A stretch of DNA of 64,000 bases. Origin: Ptychomitrium polyphyllum (lineage: Eukaryota). The notes beneath the pieces were generated by a model, which saw only the letters and a program-made list of their open reading frames with translations, was not told the DNA's origin and searched no databases. The stretch spans positions 7,688,001 through 7,752,000 of the forward strand of contig OZ316776.1 in NCBI GenBank assembly GCA_973851085.1, read 5' to 3'. How positions within the stretch are numbered: position 1 is the stretch's first letter; each line of letters begins with the position of its first letter. Made by a program: the position numbers and the translations under genes. Shown here piece by piece: positions 1 through 10,888 of this stretch.

Positions 1-46
1 ATGCACTACTATGTAGACTGAAAATTCCTGCTTTGAGTACGTGCAG

Positions 47-3000
47 ACATTTCAGAAGTTGGTATACGTATCAACTTTAGTTTTTGGTGAGGCTTCCAAG
101 TTTTTACTTCCATGGAAGCGGGTTTTCAAAGTCACAGAATCTCAGGTTGATGTTGCAGTTCGGGATAATGCAACTCGCCTTTTTAATAAACAGCTTAGCA
201 AAGTTGACAGAGGTATGCTTCTGCAGTTTTTTATAAGAAAGATGGGCATATGGTGCAACGCATGCGCCGCACAAACTTGTCAGAAGTTTAAATGTTCTGC
301 ATAAGTAGGAAATTTTAAACGAAGATGTGAGTATTACTTCCGTATTGGTATTTGCTGGTCACTTGTACAGGGTAATTGGGTTTTTGACTCAGTTGTTTTA
401 ATCTGCTGTCAAGATTACCCTCAAGGTTTACTCAATTACCTAAATTTCTGAAAGTCCTGGCACTTGGTATGATGCACTTAGCGGCCATTACTAACAGTGT
501 TGTCAAATTTGTGTTGTAGATTTCGACATCCAGCACGTCAAAGACTTAAGAAAATATCAGCAAAAGCTGAAACTCACAGATGAGGTGATCTGCTTTCACT
601 TGTTTTGGCAGAAGCTCTGCATAGCAGGATTACGGACGTTGAAATATTTGGAACATATGAATTTTCTTTCAATGTTGAATTTTTGTAATCTTTGATGATC
701 CTCAAAGATCTTGGCAGTTTTTTCAAGCTATTCAAGCTGCATGTCTTGGGAAGCAAAATCTGTCTCTATAATTTTAAACGCATAGGTTCCAGATGGACTC
801 ATGTTAGCTATCTTGTGTTGTAGGTTACTGCTGAAGTCTTCAGAACCCATGTTCAAAAGCAACTCGAAGAGCATATTACGGCTGCAATGGAAGTGTTGAA
901 ATCACGGGCTCGCATCAAGTGCGTTGCTGTTCGTTTACTTGGAATTAATTTTCTTCGTTGCATTCTCCTCAACGCTCAACACTACCACTGCCACTCATTT
1001 TCATTTGCGTGCACATAACAAACCCTTTAGTTCTAGGAATTAAGGATATTTAAATGACTACCTTACTTTCTCTTTATGTATGGGATTTTCACGATCTGGG
1101 AGGGTTGACATGCGAATTTTTTATTATAAACAGAGATACCGCGAAAATAGTCAGAGAACTGGATGACGCATTGGCCTTTAATGGTAAATTGGCTTCTATT
1201 GCATCTCAAGCGGACGGCAGTGATCTTATACCTGGCATTGGCCCTATTAGTGTTCTAGGTATGGCCCATCCTTCACAGCCTTTCTGTTGCTGCATTGGTA
1301 CGAAACAAATGAGAAGACCTCTTTGTGGACAAGTGGATTTGCGACTGCTTCGGTTTTTCCTCCACTTTTGCGCTTCTAGATATGTGATTAGGGCCTGGGC
1401 ACTTGGTGGGACATAATTTATGGCTACTCTGATTGTATTGCAGGAGGGCAGTTTGAATCTGATCGACAGATGGATGATCTTAAACAATTATATCGCATCT
1501 ACTTGACTGAAGCTTTTGCTGGTGGCAAATTGGAGGACAGCAAGGTACAGATTTTAACCTATTGCTGTAAGGATATGTGAAGATTTTATAAATTTTCGAT
1601 GTTGGTAAGAATATATTTGGTGGCAGTGACTAAGGAATTGGACTGCCTTGGATAGACCTTTAATCTTGGAAGCAGCAAATGTTCTGGAGCATGTACCGTT
1701 CCTTAGAGTGTTTTGCCAAGAAATGACTAAATAGAAGGGATTTTGGAACAGGTAGCTGCATTGAGCCAGCTGAGAAATACTTTTGGAATGGGTAAGCGGG
1801 AGGCTGAAGATATTATGCAAGAAGTCACTGTGAAGATCTACAGGCGCATGTTAGCCAAAGCAGTGCAGAATGGTGACCTTGACGCTGCACCAAGCAAAGC
1901 AATGTTCCTGCAAAATCTTTGTGATACTCTGCAGTTTGATCCTGCCAAAGCTGGTGAAGTTCACGAAGGTAATATCTTAAAATCTTGTAAGTATCTACGC
2001 GATTGTATACCTTATTTGTTCTGGCTTTCATAAATTAAGTACTGATATCAGGAAATCTGGGTGGTGCAGAGATTTACAGGAACAAACTTGAGCAGTGTGT
2101 TGCGGATGGCAAATTGGACGATGAAGAAGTCAAGAACTTGTTGAGGTTACGCGTACTTTTGTGCATTCCACAAGAAATTGTTGATGCTGCCCATGCTGAA
2201 ATATGTGGACGCATCTTTTCAAAGGTACTTGTCTGTGGCTGGCATTGGTGTAATATATTTTGGCTCTTTGTCAATATATTGCATTTTCTGGAAGATATCT
2301 ATTGTTGCAATTTTTTTGGTGATGTTTTGTGAAATGTTTTTGGAGGATATGGAATCTCCAGGAAGTAGCATTACTATTTTGAGTGAACGAGGGAGGGGTC
2401 TGCTGTAGGTTTAATTCATAGCTTTTGCTGTCTTTTGTGATAAGTTTCTGATTGCTTCTATGTTTCTGATATCTGCTTGGGTATTTCCTTTATGATGCAG
2501 ACCGTGGATGATGCTATCAGTTCCGGTATCGATGGATATGATGCTGATATGAAGGCTGCGGTACGAAATGGAGTAACAGGCTTACGGCTCACACAGGAAG
2601 CTGCTATGGAGATTGCAGCTAAGGCGGTTAGTAATTTGTACCTATTTGTTGTACCTGTATTGAAGTGTTGGACATACGTAATGCTTGAACTTAGAGATAG
2701 CGTTAATACAAAGGAGATTCTAGAGAATTTTGTATCAATGTACATTGCGTTTTCACTGTACTGATCTTACCTATTCTAGTATGAGGTAGCATCGATGTTG
2801 TGGATGCATCACTTGTTGAGACTCTGTTGGACTCTGCACTGAAATTTCCTGTTCTAATGCAGGTCCGAAGAGTGTTTGTGACGTATGTCAAGAGGTCAAG
2901 GAGCGCCGGCAGCCGCGTGGAGTCTGCTCGAGAGCTTAAAAAGATGGTCATTTTCAGCAACATTGTCGTTTCAGAGCTCATCGCTGATATCAAGGGCGAT

Positions 3001-4928
3001 ACTCCGGTCCAAGAGACGAAAGAACCCAAGAAACCCGAGAAGGACGTCAATGAAATTGACGTTGAGGACGAGGAGGACTTCGAGACGATCCAGTCTCTGA
3101 AGAAGACCAAGCCTGGAGCTCATCTAGAGGGCCGCATGGAAAAGAAATCACAAAACGAAATCACCATTAGAGATGAGTTAGAGCTGCGCGAGCGTACTGA
3201 TCTCTACAGAACTTACTTGATTTATTGCCTCTCAGGTGAGAGCACTGGAATGCCCATGGGAACTCAAATCGTTACTCAAAGGGATGACACGGAATTTGTG
3301 AGGCTTGGCCAGTTGGGCCAAATATTGGGTATGAATCCCAAGGAGGTTGCGGAGGTTCACAAGGGTCTTGCAGAGCAAGCATTCAGCCAACAAGCCAAGG
3401 TCAGTTTTCCAGACACACTAATGTTTAAAGTAATAAATCTGCATGTGAAGCTTTGACAAGATTTTGTTATTCATCAAGATCCGACAAGATTCTACAAATT
3501 AGCGTATGTGACACTATATTATAACCCTGAACTCTGAGAAAATTTACAAAATAATGGGTGCAACACTGAATTCTAGATACGTTGTAGTTCCTTCAAACCA
3601 TGTAGGTCCATTACAATGAATATCAATGGTCATTTCAGTATGACAGCTTGGGTCGAAAAAGTGTTGTATTATGCATGTCATACTTGTATCATTGAGGAAG
3701 TTCTAAACTAGAAATTTCGGTTGCCAAATTTTGTTATATAATTGAGGCTATTGTATTAGTAAGTTTTCTAACCTAAGGTCAGAGAACTTGGCCATATAAG
3801 ATTTGAAAATTTCTGGAGTTAGAAAATTGAGAAACAGTGCGTGCTACACCAAATATCCGAAACGTTGTAGTTTATATACCTTGGTTTGGTCTTGAGCGTT
3901 TTTGCTTATGATTGCAGGTTATATTGGCCGATGGTCAACTCAGCAAAGCCCGTATGGAGCAGCTCACAGAGTTGCAGAAGCAACTTGGCTTGCCAGCAGA
4001 GGCAGCTAAGAAAGTCATCGAAGGTATTACCACTACAAGAATGTCTGGTGCTATCGAGACTGCAATCAACCAAGGAAGACTTAGCATTGAAGAAGTAAAG
4101 GAACTAAGAGAAGCTGGAGTGGACATCGACGGTATGATTCCTAAACAGGTCAGGCAAAAGCTCTTCAAGAAGTTGGTCGATAGAACTCTTTCAGCAGGAA
4201 CCGGGGACTTCGACGAAGCTGAGCTCTATGAGAAAATGCCCGCTGAGCTGAATATTTCCACAGAGGAAGCCAAGAAGATCACCTTGGACCTTGCCAAGGA
4301 AAGGCTATCGAACTCTCTTATTACAGCGGTATCACTTCTACGACAGAAGAAGCCTACTGACGTGGTGAGTCACCATACCTTAACCTAGTTTTATGTGCTC
4401 CCTTTTGTAGTAGTTCTCTAAGATAATGCTTTGCAGTTTTGGTGAGATGTTTATTTCTAAAATTAGTAGTCGATGTATTGAAACACGAATCTATCATCGG
4501 AAGCTTAGTTTGAAATTTGTGGCTTGCAACTGATGCACAAATGCCAGTATATACTAGTATTGCTAAGCCAACAATTTTCAATGTATTTCCATCGTACTAG
4601 CAGCAGTTTAAGCATGCAACAAGTCCGTCTTTGTCAAGAGAACTAGAAGTGTCCTAACTGTGGGTGACCTTGTGGTTTCTAGGTCTCGGCTTTGAACAAC
4701 TTACTGGCGTGCGACAAGGTCTCCCCTTCACCTCCTCTGTCATGGGCAGTCAAGGATGAGCTCCTGGATCTCTTCTGCATCTACGTGAAGGAGCCTCAGG
4801 CAGACCATAACGTCTCAAGGTTACGGGAGCTCCTGGGTATTGACGAGTCCCAGGCCAAGAGCCTGCAAGAGATGGTGAGCTCCAGCGGATTCTCACTTGG
4901 TCTGGAGGAGGACGAAGACATTTTTTAG
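47..4928 (+). CDS. TIC110: Chloroplast inner-envelope translocon component TIC110, 5'-truncated by the window edge
   Basis: GT-AG exons read in phase: 47-212, 520-584, 824-918, 1134-1258, 1444-1544, 1752-1968, 2070-2224, 2501-2626, 2863-3399, 3918-4364, 4683-4928 (TAG). TIC110-typical peptides FQKLVYVSTLVFGEASKFLLPWKRVFKVTESQV, ARELKKMVIFSNIVVSEL, ERTDLYRTYLIYCLSGE, QVILADGQLSKAR, NNLLACDKV, acidic C-terminus EEDEDIF. Confidence 0.95.
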
Positions 4929-6072
4929 GTGAAGAGGTTTGTAATTGAGAACTTAGGCACGGTTATGTGCGTGGCGGAAAGGAAAGGAAAGGGGAGCAGA
5001 AGTTCTGAGAGAGATTCTGGTAGAGTCTACAGCGTAGCAATTTTCAGGAACACGGCACATACTTGAAGCACGGTGACTAGAATATAGAGAGATTTTTGTG
5101 AACGATTTATTAAGGAAGTCCATGTATTTGTGGTGTACATCTCCTTGCTTTTCATCATATAAGAGTCAGGTATTGACTGCCTATCTGAAGCCTTAACTTG
5201 GTTCTGGTTTTCATTTTTATATCAGTTGGTTGTATGTATGAGGGCCTTACTTGTCTCTGCCGTGCCTTGCGAAACAAAGGAGAAATTGTGTAGACATGTT
5301 TTAAATAATACTCTGCCAGTGCATTTCCTCAAATGTGGGAGTTACTTTTTTGTTACTATCAATGAATTTTCTTGACTGTAGTGTTGTAGTGTATTACCAT
5401 TCGTTGTATACCAAAATGCTGATACAGTCTTATCTTTTGCACAAAGTTATAGAATGCTATAAAGTTTTATTCAATATAGATAATTCTGTCAATTATATTA
5501 TGGACGTCACTCAAAATGAATAATATCTCAATCCTTTGTTTAAAATTATAATCCTGTATACCTCTTTATCAAAGATATGATTAAAACAACATTTTGATAT
5601 TCAAGTTAACCTTAAAAATATGACACTCATACGCCTATTTGAATACTGATGCTGACGTGGAACACATCTGGCATAAATCACGTTCCGAGCTGGACGTGAG
5701 AGTGGATGTCACGGAACCCTCCCCCAAAATACACCCACACTATTCACACTCTACACCCGTACTTCACACATACACACAAACACTTGCAGTTGCAGTGCGA
5801 GAGAGCAACTCAACGCAACTGCAACTGGTTTTGGTGTATGAGAGAGCGGACTGTGACTGCCACCCCAAAGAGAACAGACCAAGAGGTGATGGCTGGGGCT
5901 GCAACGATGGATGGGATGCAAGTCTCGGTGCTATGACGCGCGCCTCCGCATTCCAGCGCAGCCACCATAGGAGTGCCACCGCGTGAGTGAGTGAGTGTGA
6001 GAGCGAGAGAGGGAGAGTGAGGGGTAGAGAGAGAGGGGGGCTGTTGGCAGCCCAGGCAGAAGCGGGAACAGC

Positions 6073-7337
6073 ATGAGTGAGCCACAAAATAACCCCAAGC
6101 TGTTTGTGCACAAGCCCAAGAAAGGCACGAATCTGCCCGGTACTGGATCCGAGTCGTGAAGCCCGGAGTTGTGTTGTTGATGTATGGGTGGTTGTGGGGT
6201 TTTCGTTTCGTGTGCTCTGCGTTTGGTGGGAGGGGGAGGGTTTGATGATTGAATGGTTGTTGTGATGTGATGTGGGGTGGGGGTAGGTGGGGAGACGGGG
6301 GAGCAAGCGGCCAGAGTGGCGGTGCAGGGGCCTGCAGTGGCGGGGCCATCTGTGCCGGCGAAGCCGCCATTCTGGTATCGGTACAGGGCTGGTGTGGGAG
6401 CGCTGCTGCTCGTTAATCTCGGGATCGGAGGTTTGTGAAACTCGTATGCCCTAATTCGTGAATGGATTTCTCTCGGATGTCTCTGTTTTTGAATTAGATG
6501 TATGATCGGTATGCGGAGTACAATGGAGTGAATAGATCTAGTGTTGCTGCGAAGTGATGCTACTTACCGATCAAGAGCGGTGGTGTACATCGTACCAGCG
6601 TGCTAACGAGCTGCTACTGTTGTGTTTTTTGTAAACCCTAGTTCTGCATGGAACAATTTTTGGGTTTCACGAGGGGTTGTGATTTTTTATGATCCTCGCG
6701 GTTTGAGCTTTTATTGCAGGAGCGTGATCTAGCTGTTTTATCAGTTTTGATTACGATTCTTTAGGAGACCCTTTGTGCTCGAATTGGAAGCAGTGAGAGT
6801 TGTTAGAGTATCCGCGTTTTAGCTCTGGATGACCGAGGATTTTGCTATTGTACTCCGCATTGGGTCAGTGGCTTATGGGATATTCCTGTACATCCGAGAG
6901 AATGCGTATTTATACGTTGATATGGTTTTCCAAGTATGATTACTAGGAGTTCATTTTATGCCTTTATTTACAGTGTCAACATTTCGGATATTTGAAAGAT
7001 TTTAGTTTGATGTGCAGGTTACGTCTTGTCTCGTCCGAGGACAGATCTCGATGCTCATTTAAACCAAGAAAAACTTGAGCCGGAGCCTGAGAAGGCGAAA
7101 AGTGCTCCTGAGCAGGCACCTGTACCAGTTGTGGCGGCTGCTGTTGCAGCTCCAGAATGGGTAGCACCACCAAAAGTAACCATTTCTGAGGAGGAGCAAC
7201 GGCAGGTATTGCAATGGGTTCTCGAAGAGAGGAGGAAAGTTAAGGCTCAGAACAAAGCAGAGAAGGCTAGGATTGACGAAGAGAAGCGGATGTTGAAACA
7301 GTTTTTGAGAGCAAGTCATCTTCCTACTCTCGTTTAA
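6073..7337 (+). CDS. Small conserved plant protein of unknown function with one predicted TM helix and a charged C-terminal helix (resembles Arabidopsis At1g55160-type proteins, from memory)
   Basis: Exons 6073-6124 (MSEPQNNPKLFVHKPKK; GC donor), 6287-6430 (..KPPFWYRYRAGVGALLLVNLGIG), 7018-7337 (GYVLSRPRTD...QRQVLQWVLEERRKVKAQNKAEKARIDEEKRMLKQFLRASHLPTLV*). All junctions keep phase 1. Confidence 0.8.
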
Positions 7338-8015
7338 AATTTCGTGAGGATCTTTCCTATAAGATCTTACCCTCCAAATTCGGTTCTTTAGCGTTTTCAA
7401 ATGAACTGGTACCTTGTGGCATGTCATCGGCTTTTAAAGTTTCAAAGAATAGTCGTGAGTGGCTGACAAGTTATCTAAGGAAGCAGAGAAGGTGAACCAA
7501 CATGAAACACAAGTCGCAATAAAAGAGTGAGATCCTGTATAGTCAGGATTGCTTAGGCGATATCAAAGAGATGGGCTCTGCAACAGTAGTGCTTGTTTTT
7601 TGAGATTTGTAATCACACTTTCGTAAATACCATTATTGACTTCCTGTTTTAAATTCTGTGCATCGTTATGTTTTTACAAAAAATATTTGCCTTTCAACAA
7701 AATGTTGCCGTTACCTAGATGAACATACGGTTACATGCTGTATATAATCTGAGGAGATTGAGCGCAGGTTGATGATAGATTGGTCAATTTGGAACATTGT
7801 ACCCCACTTTCTTTATGTTAAATAAGGGTACATCAGGTATTATAGAAGCAGCTACATCCATCGTCTTTAGCAAAACACAGTTGTGCAACTTTTGAACTGC
7901 AGCTTTGAATTGAATGCTACCGCAATAATAGTTTACTTTCGTGTGTAACATTAACACTTAATGGTTTTTTAATGCAACTGTGCTAATGAAAATTCTGCTG
8001 CTTTTCTACCATTTA

Positions 8016-9347
8016 TTACTGACCAACTGCGGCAGAATGATTCCGAATATCTATCAGAAGGAGGTCATGAAGAGCCTTGTTGCTGGCAAATATGCCGCCG
8101 CCTTCAACTGTGAAGACCTCTTTACCATTGCCAATAAGATTTTCCAAAGCTGTTCCCTCCAGATCCGAAACCTGGCCTCCAGCTTCTGAAACGCATATAA
8201 CCCCTGATGCATGATCCCACACCTTCAAAGGCATTGTGCGACCAGCTTGAAGCAGGAAGGCAGACGCTCCACCAAGAGCTACCGCCAAGTACTTGCAGAG
8301 ACTTCCACAGCAAAGCGGCAGTAATTGCATCTCATCTTTCTTCAAATGCTTCCCTACAGAACTAGACGCAAGCGCATGAGCCAGTGGCGATGTCGACCAA
8401 ACCTCATTGGTTGATATGCAAAACCAAGAATCAGCAACTGAATCAGGTCTGTCAACTCTACTCTTTATCATAACGCTGCTTGAAGGCAACACTTCATTGA
8501 GGGGCTTCACCCAGCATCCTCCTCCCAAACTGGCAGCCATCATGAGCCCACGTTGGCACGTTTCATCAGCAATGGAATGCTCTGAATCATAATACAGATT
8601 TGCCATCTGAATTATAGACCTGTCCGAAGAGTAATGGATTGCTACATTTGGGCAACCCATGACACCCAGTACTGGCTTCCCATCGACAACCAAAGCAAGG
8701 CCCACAACATACAAAGCATTTCCTCCTCTCAAAAAGCCCCGTGTTCCATCAAGAGGATCCAAAACCCAGTAAGATGGGTGGCTGTGTTGATTAGGATTTG
8801 CTGTAGAGACAGTCTTGGTACCTCTGTCAATAGCATCTAGAACAGTTTCACAATCCAACTCGCCAACGTCCGGGGAAACAACTGGAGATAGAACATCCAC
8901 AATAGCCTCCACTAAAACTCTCTCACGATCTCCACTTGCTAATTTCTCTTGGTACTCAGCACGGAGCAGGCTTGCGTTCTCCTCGCCTATCAGAAGAATG
9001 TCAGGAAACAGTCGCCCTAACTCTAAGCTGATAAGAGCTTGCACTCCGAAATCCGCAACTGTGACAGGGGTGTTATCAACCTTGTCGAGCTGCCCTTCCC
9101 TTCCCTTCATACTAGACCGAACTGAAGTGCATAATTGACAAGCTCGCTGCACCACATTAAGAGCTGCCTGGAGCTTCTCAAGGTGCGTGCTTGACTGCAA
9201 TGCTGGGAATCCACTCTGGCATCTAAAAGGATGTAACACAGACCGGCAGGTGATTGTTGAGAAATTCGACCGCAATTGCAAACCCTGAAACTCTTTCGAC
9301 AGAATCAACCCTCTCCGTCCAAAATCCGACACCACTACCGACGACAT
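8016..9347 (-). CDS. 3'(2'),5'-bisphosphate nucleotidase (PAP phosphatase) / inositol monophosphatase family protein with an N-terminal organellar transit-like peptide
   Basis: 443-aa uninterrupted ORF. Motifs KVDNTPVTVADFGVQA, GEEN, WVLDPLDGTRGF, CCGSLCKY, WDHASG are typical of HAL2/SAL-like phosphatases. Ser/Arg-rich N-terminus. Confidence 0.92.
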   Translation of the reverse strand: MSSVVVSDFGRRGLILSKEFQGLQLRSNFSTITCRSVLHPFRCQSGFPALQSSTHLEKLQAALNVVQRACQLCTSVRSSMKGREGQLDKVDNTPVTVADFGVQALISLELGRLFPDILLIGEENASLLRAEYQEKLASGDRERVLVEAIVDVLSPVVSPDVGELDCETVLDAIDRGTKTVSTANPNQHSHPSYWVLDPLDGTRGFLRGGNALYVVGLALVVDGKPVLGVMGCPNVAIHYSSDRSIIQMANLYYDSEHSIADETCQRGLMMAASLGGGCWVKPLNEVLPSSSVMIKSRVDRPDSVADSWFCISTNEVWSTSPLAHALASSSVGKHLKKDEMQLLPLCCGSLCKYLAVALGGASAFLLQAGRTMPLKVWDHASGVICVSEAGGQVSDLEGTALENLIGNGKEVFTVEGGGIFASNKALHDLLLIDIRNHSAAVGQ

Positions 9348-10166
9348 GGTGACCTAAAAACGCTTGTCAATCGTTTCACTAATGCACATCTGCAATTCTC
9401 TCACCCTTCCCGCTCAAAAACTCATATACATTTAAGTAAACAATCGTAAGCAACGTCCTGTGCATATGAAGAAAGACGTCCTCTGCTGCAACTCAGTACG
9501 TCGTTATTGGCTTTTTGAATTTCAAACCTGCATTGCTGGGTAGGGTTTGAACCAGCTTCCACAGTTCTCGGATTATGACGACCATGTGTTCCCACTTCTG
9601 TGTATAAAAAGGTTTGTCATTTTTCTGGGACCTCCTCAGAAGTTATAAATAACGACTCGAAGGCCGCTTGTCACATTGAATTACACACTAAATTCAATTC
9701 CTGCCGACCACGATGTTATACGTAAAAATGATAATTCTCACTGAACACCGCTGAGGGAAATCATGTCTAAATCTTCGAAGCTGTCGAAAGCATGCTCACA
9801 ACCAATACTGGGTGTTCTATGCGCGTATGAAACAAGCAAAGCGACACCCACATTGTCGATAAGTAGATGAGCTACATTTTCATTCTGGAGTGTGACAAAG
9901 AAAACTTCCACTAGGACGATAGAAACTTAGATCACAGATACTTAAAACTGATTTCGTTTGTTTTGTTCCCCAAAACTCTCATTATCAACTTATGAAGTAT
10001 GGGTCCCATCCTGTTCATACTAGTATCATCGGTGGTGCAATTTCATTTTCTTCATTCCTCCTTTAACTTGATTACCATCATTCTCTCCTGCGGTGAGGCG
10101 TTGTGCTTACAATTGTCAGGCAGAGTTGTACAAATTATACCATGCCAACACAAAACGACACACTCG

Positions 10167-10329
10167 AGGAATCAGATAACCTAATGATATTTCCCAGTAG
10201 GGCGCCAGTGTCAAAGGACTCTTTCACCGCCCGGCGACTATGGCAGGCCAGCCCAGAGCAGTGATGGCACCAAGATGATACCGACAAAAGGACCCTGTAG
10301 GCAGTACCTGCAAATATCATCACATTCCT
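10167..10329 (-). ncRNA. Candidate box C/D snoRNA or scaRNA (~163 nt), target unknown
   Basis: Minus strand reads AGGAA-T-GTGATGA (C box 10323-10317) ... CTGA (D box 10175-10172)-TTCCT. This gives a perfect 5-bp terminal stem with canonical kink-turn spacing and a GC-richer interior than the flanks. It starts 20 nt downstream of a GTAAGT donor. Confidence 0.7.
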
Positions 10330-10426
10330 TTCAATGCACACGTACTTACCAACACAGAGCTTCAGCTATATCAAGCTGCAATTATAAAAACCAAACACTA
10401 TAACAGAAACCTATAAAGCAGAGCCC

Positions 10427-10580
10427 TTATATAGCTCCCATATTAAGAGGCCCATGTGAGCAAGGCCTTGCCGCTATTCTCCTTGTCGAGCTACCTAAAT
10501 AAAACCAAAGGAAACGAAACATCCACAACATCACGTAAAACCAGGGTTCGTACTGGTTCAGTACGAACTCCAAACCCTAA
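10427..10580 (-). promoter_or_regulatory. Telo-box / Site II / TATA promoter module for the snoRNA-host PAP phosphatase transcript
   Basis: AAACCCTAA at 10572-10580, TGGGCC (minus) at 10454-10449, TATATAA (minus) at 10433-10427, then a short first exon ending at donor GTAAGT (10349). Confidence 0.6.
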
Positions 10581-10826
10581 ACCATTTGTTATCACGAACT
10601 ACATCATACTCAACCAAACCGTACTACTTCTCGATCCAGCTCCCCCACCAATCTACCAGACAACGCAACATCCACAAAATCATACCAATGAAACTAGGAG
10701 CTTCAATGAAGCTCTAAACCTAAACACACATCATCTGCAAAGCATGAATCGAGAATGACTTCAAAGTCCAACAAAACACTGCAACAACTGCAAGAGAAAC
10801 CTCAGAACTATTCACCCTACCAATTT

Positions 10827-10888
10827 AAACTCCTCAAACTCCTCAAACTCCTCAAACTCCTCAAACTCTTCAAACTCTTTCAAACTCA
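10827..10888. repeat. 9-bp tandem repeat (AAACTCCTC)n, about 6 copies, degenerating
   Basis: aaactcctc repeated four times, then aaactcttc and aaactctttc. Confidence 0.9.

Noticed and set aside
5639..6370. Overlapping 115-186-aa ORFs on both strands
   Set aside because: Low-complexity CA/GA/GT promoter, UTR and intron sequence; the spliced 6073-7337 model explains the region.
9539..9549. AAACCCT-like motifs as a telomerase RNA template (also 10572, 41662, 60852)
   Set aside because: No USE/TATA Pol III promoter or T-run terminator context seen; these are common telo-boxes.
10182..10349. Reading 10307-10182 as a UTR exon after a 42-nt intron
   Set aside because: The intron is implausibly short for a plant; the C/D box interpretation fits better.
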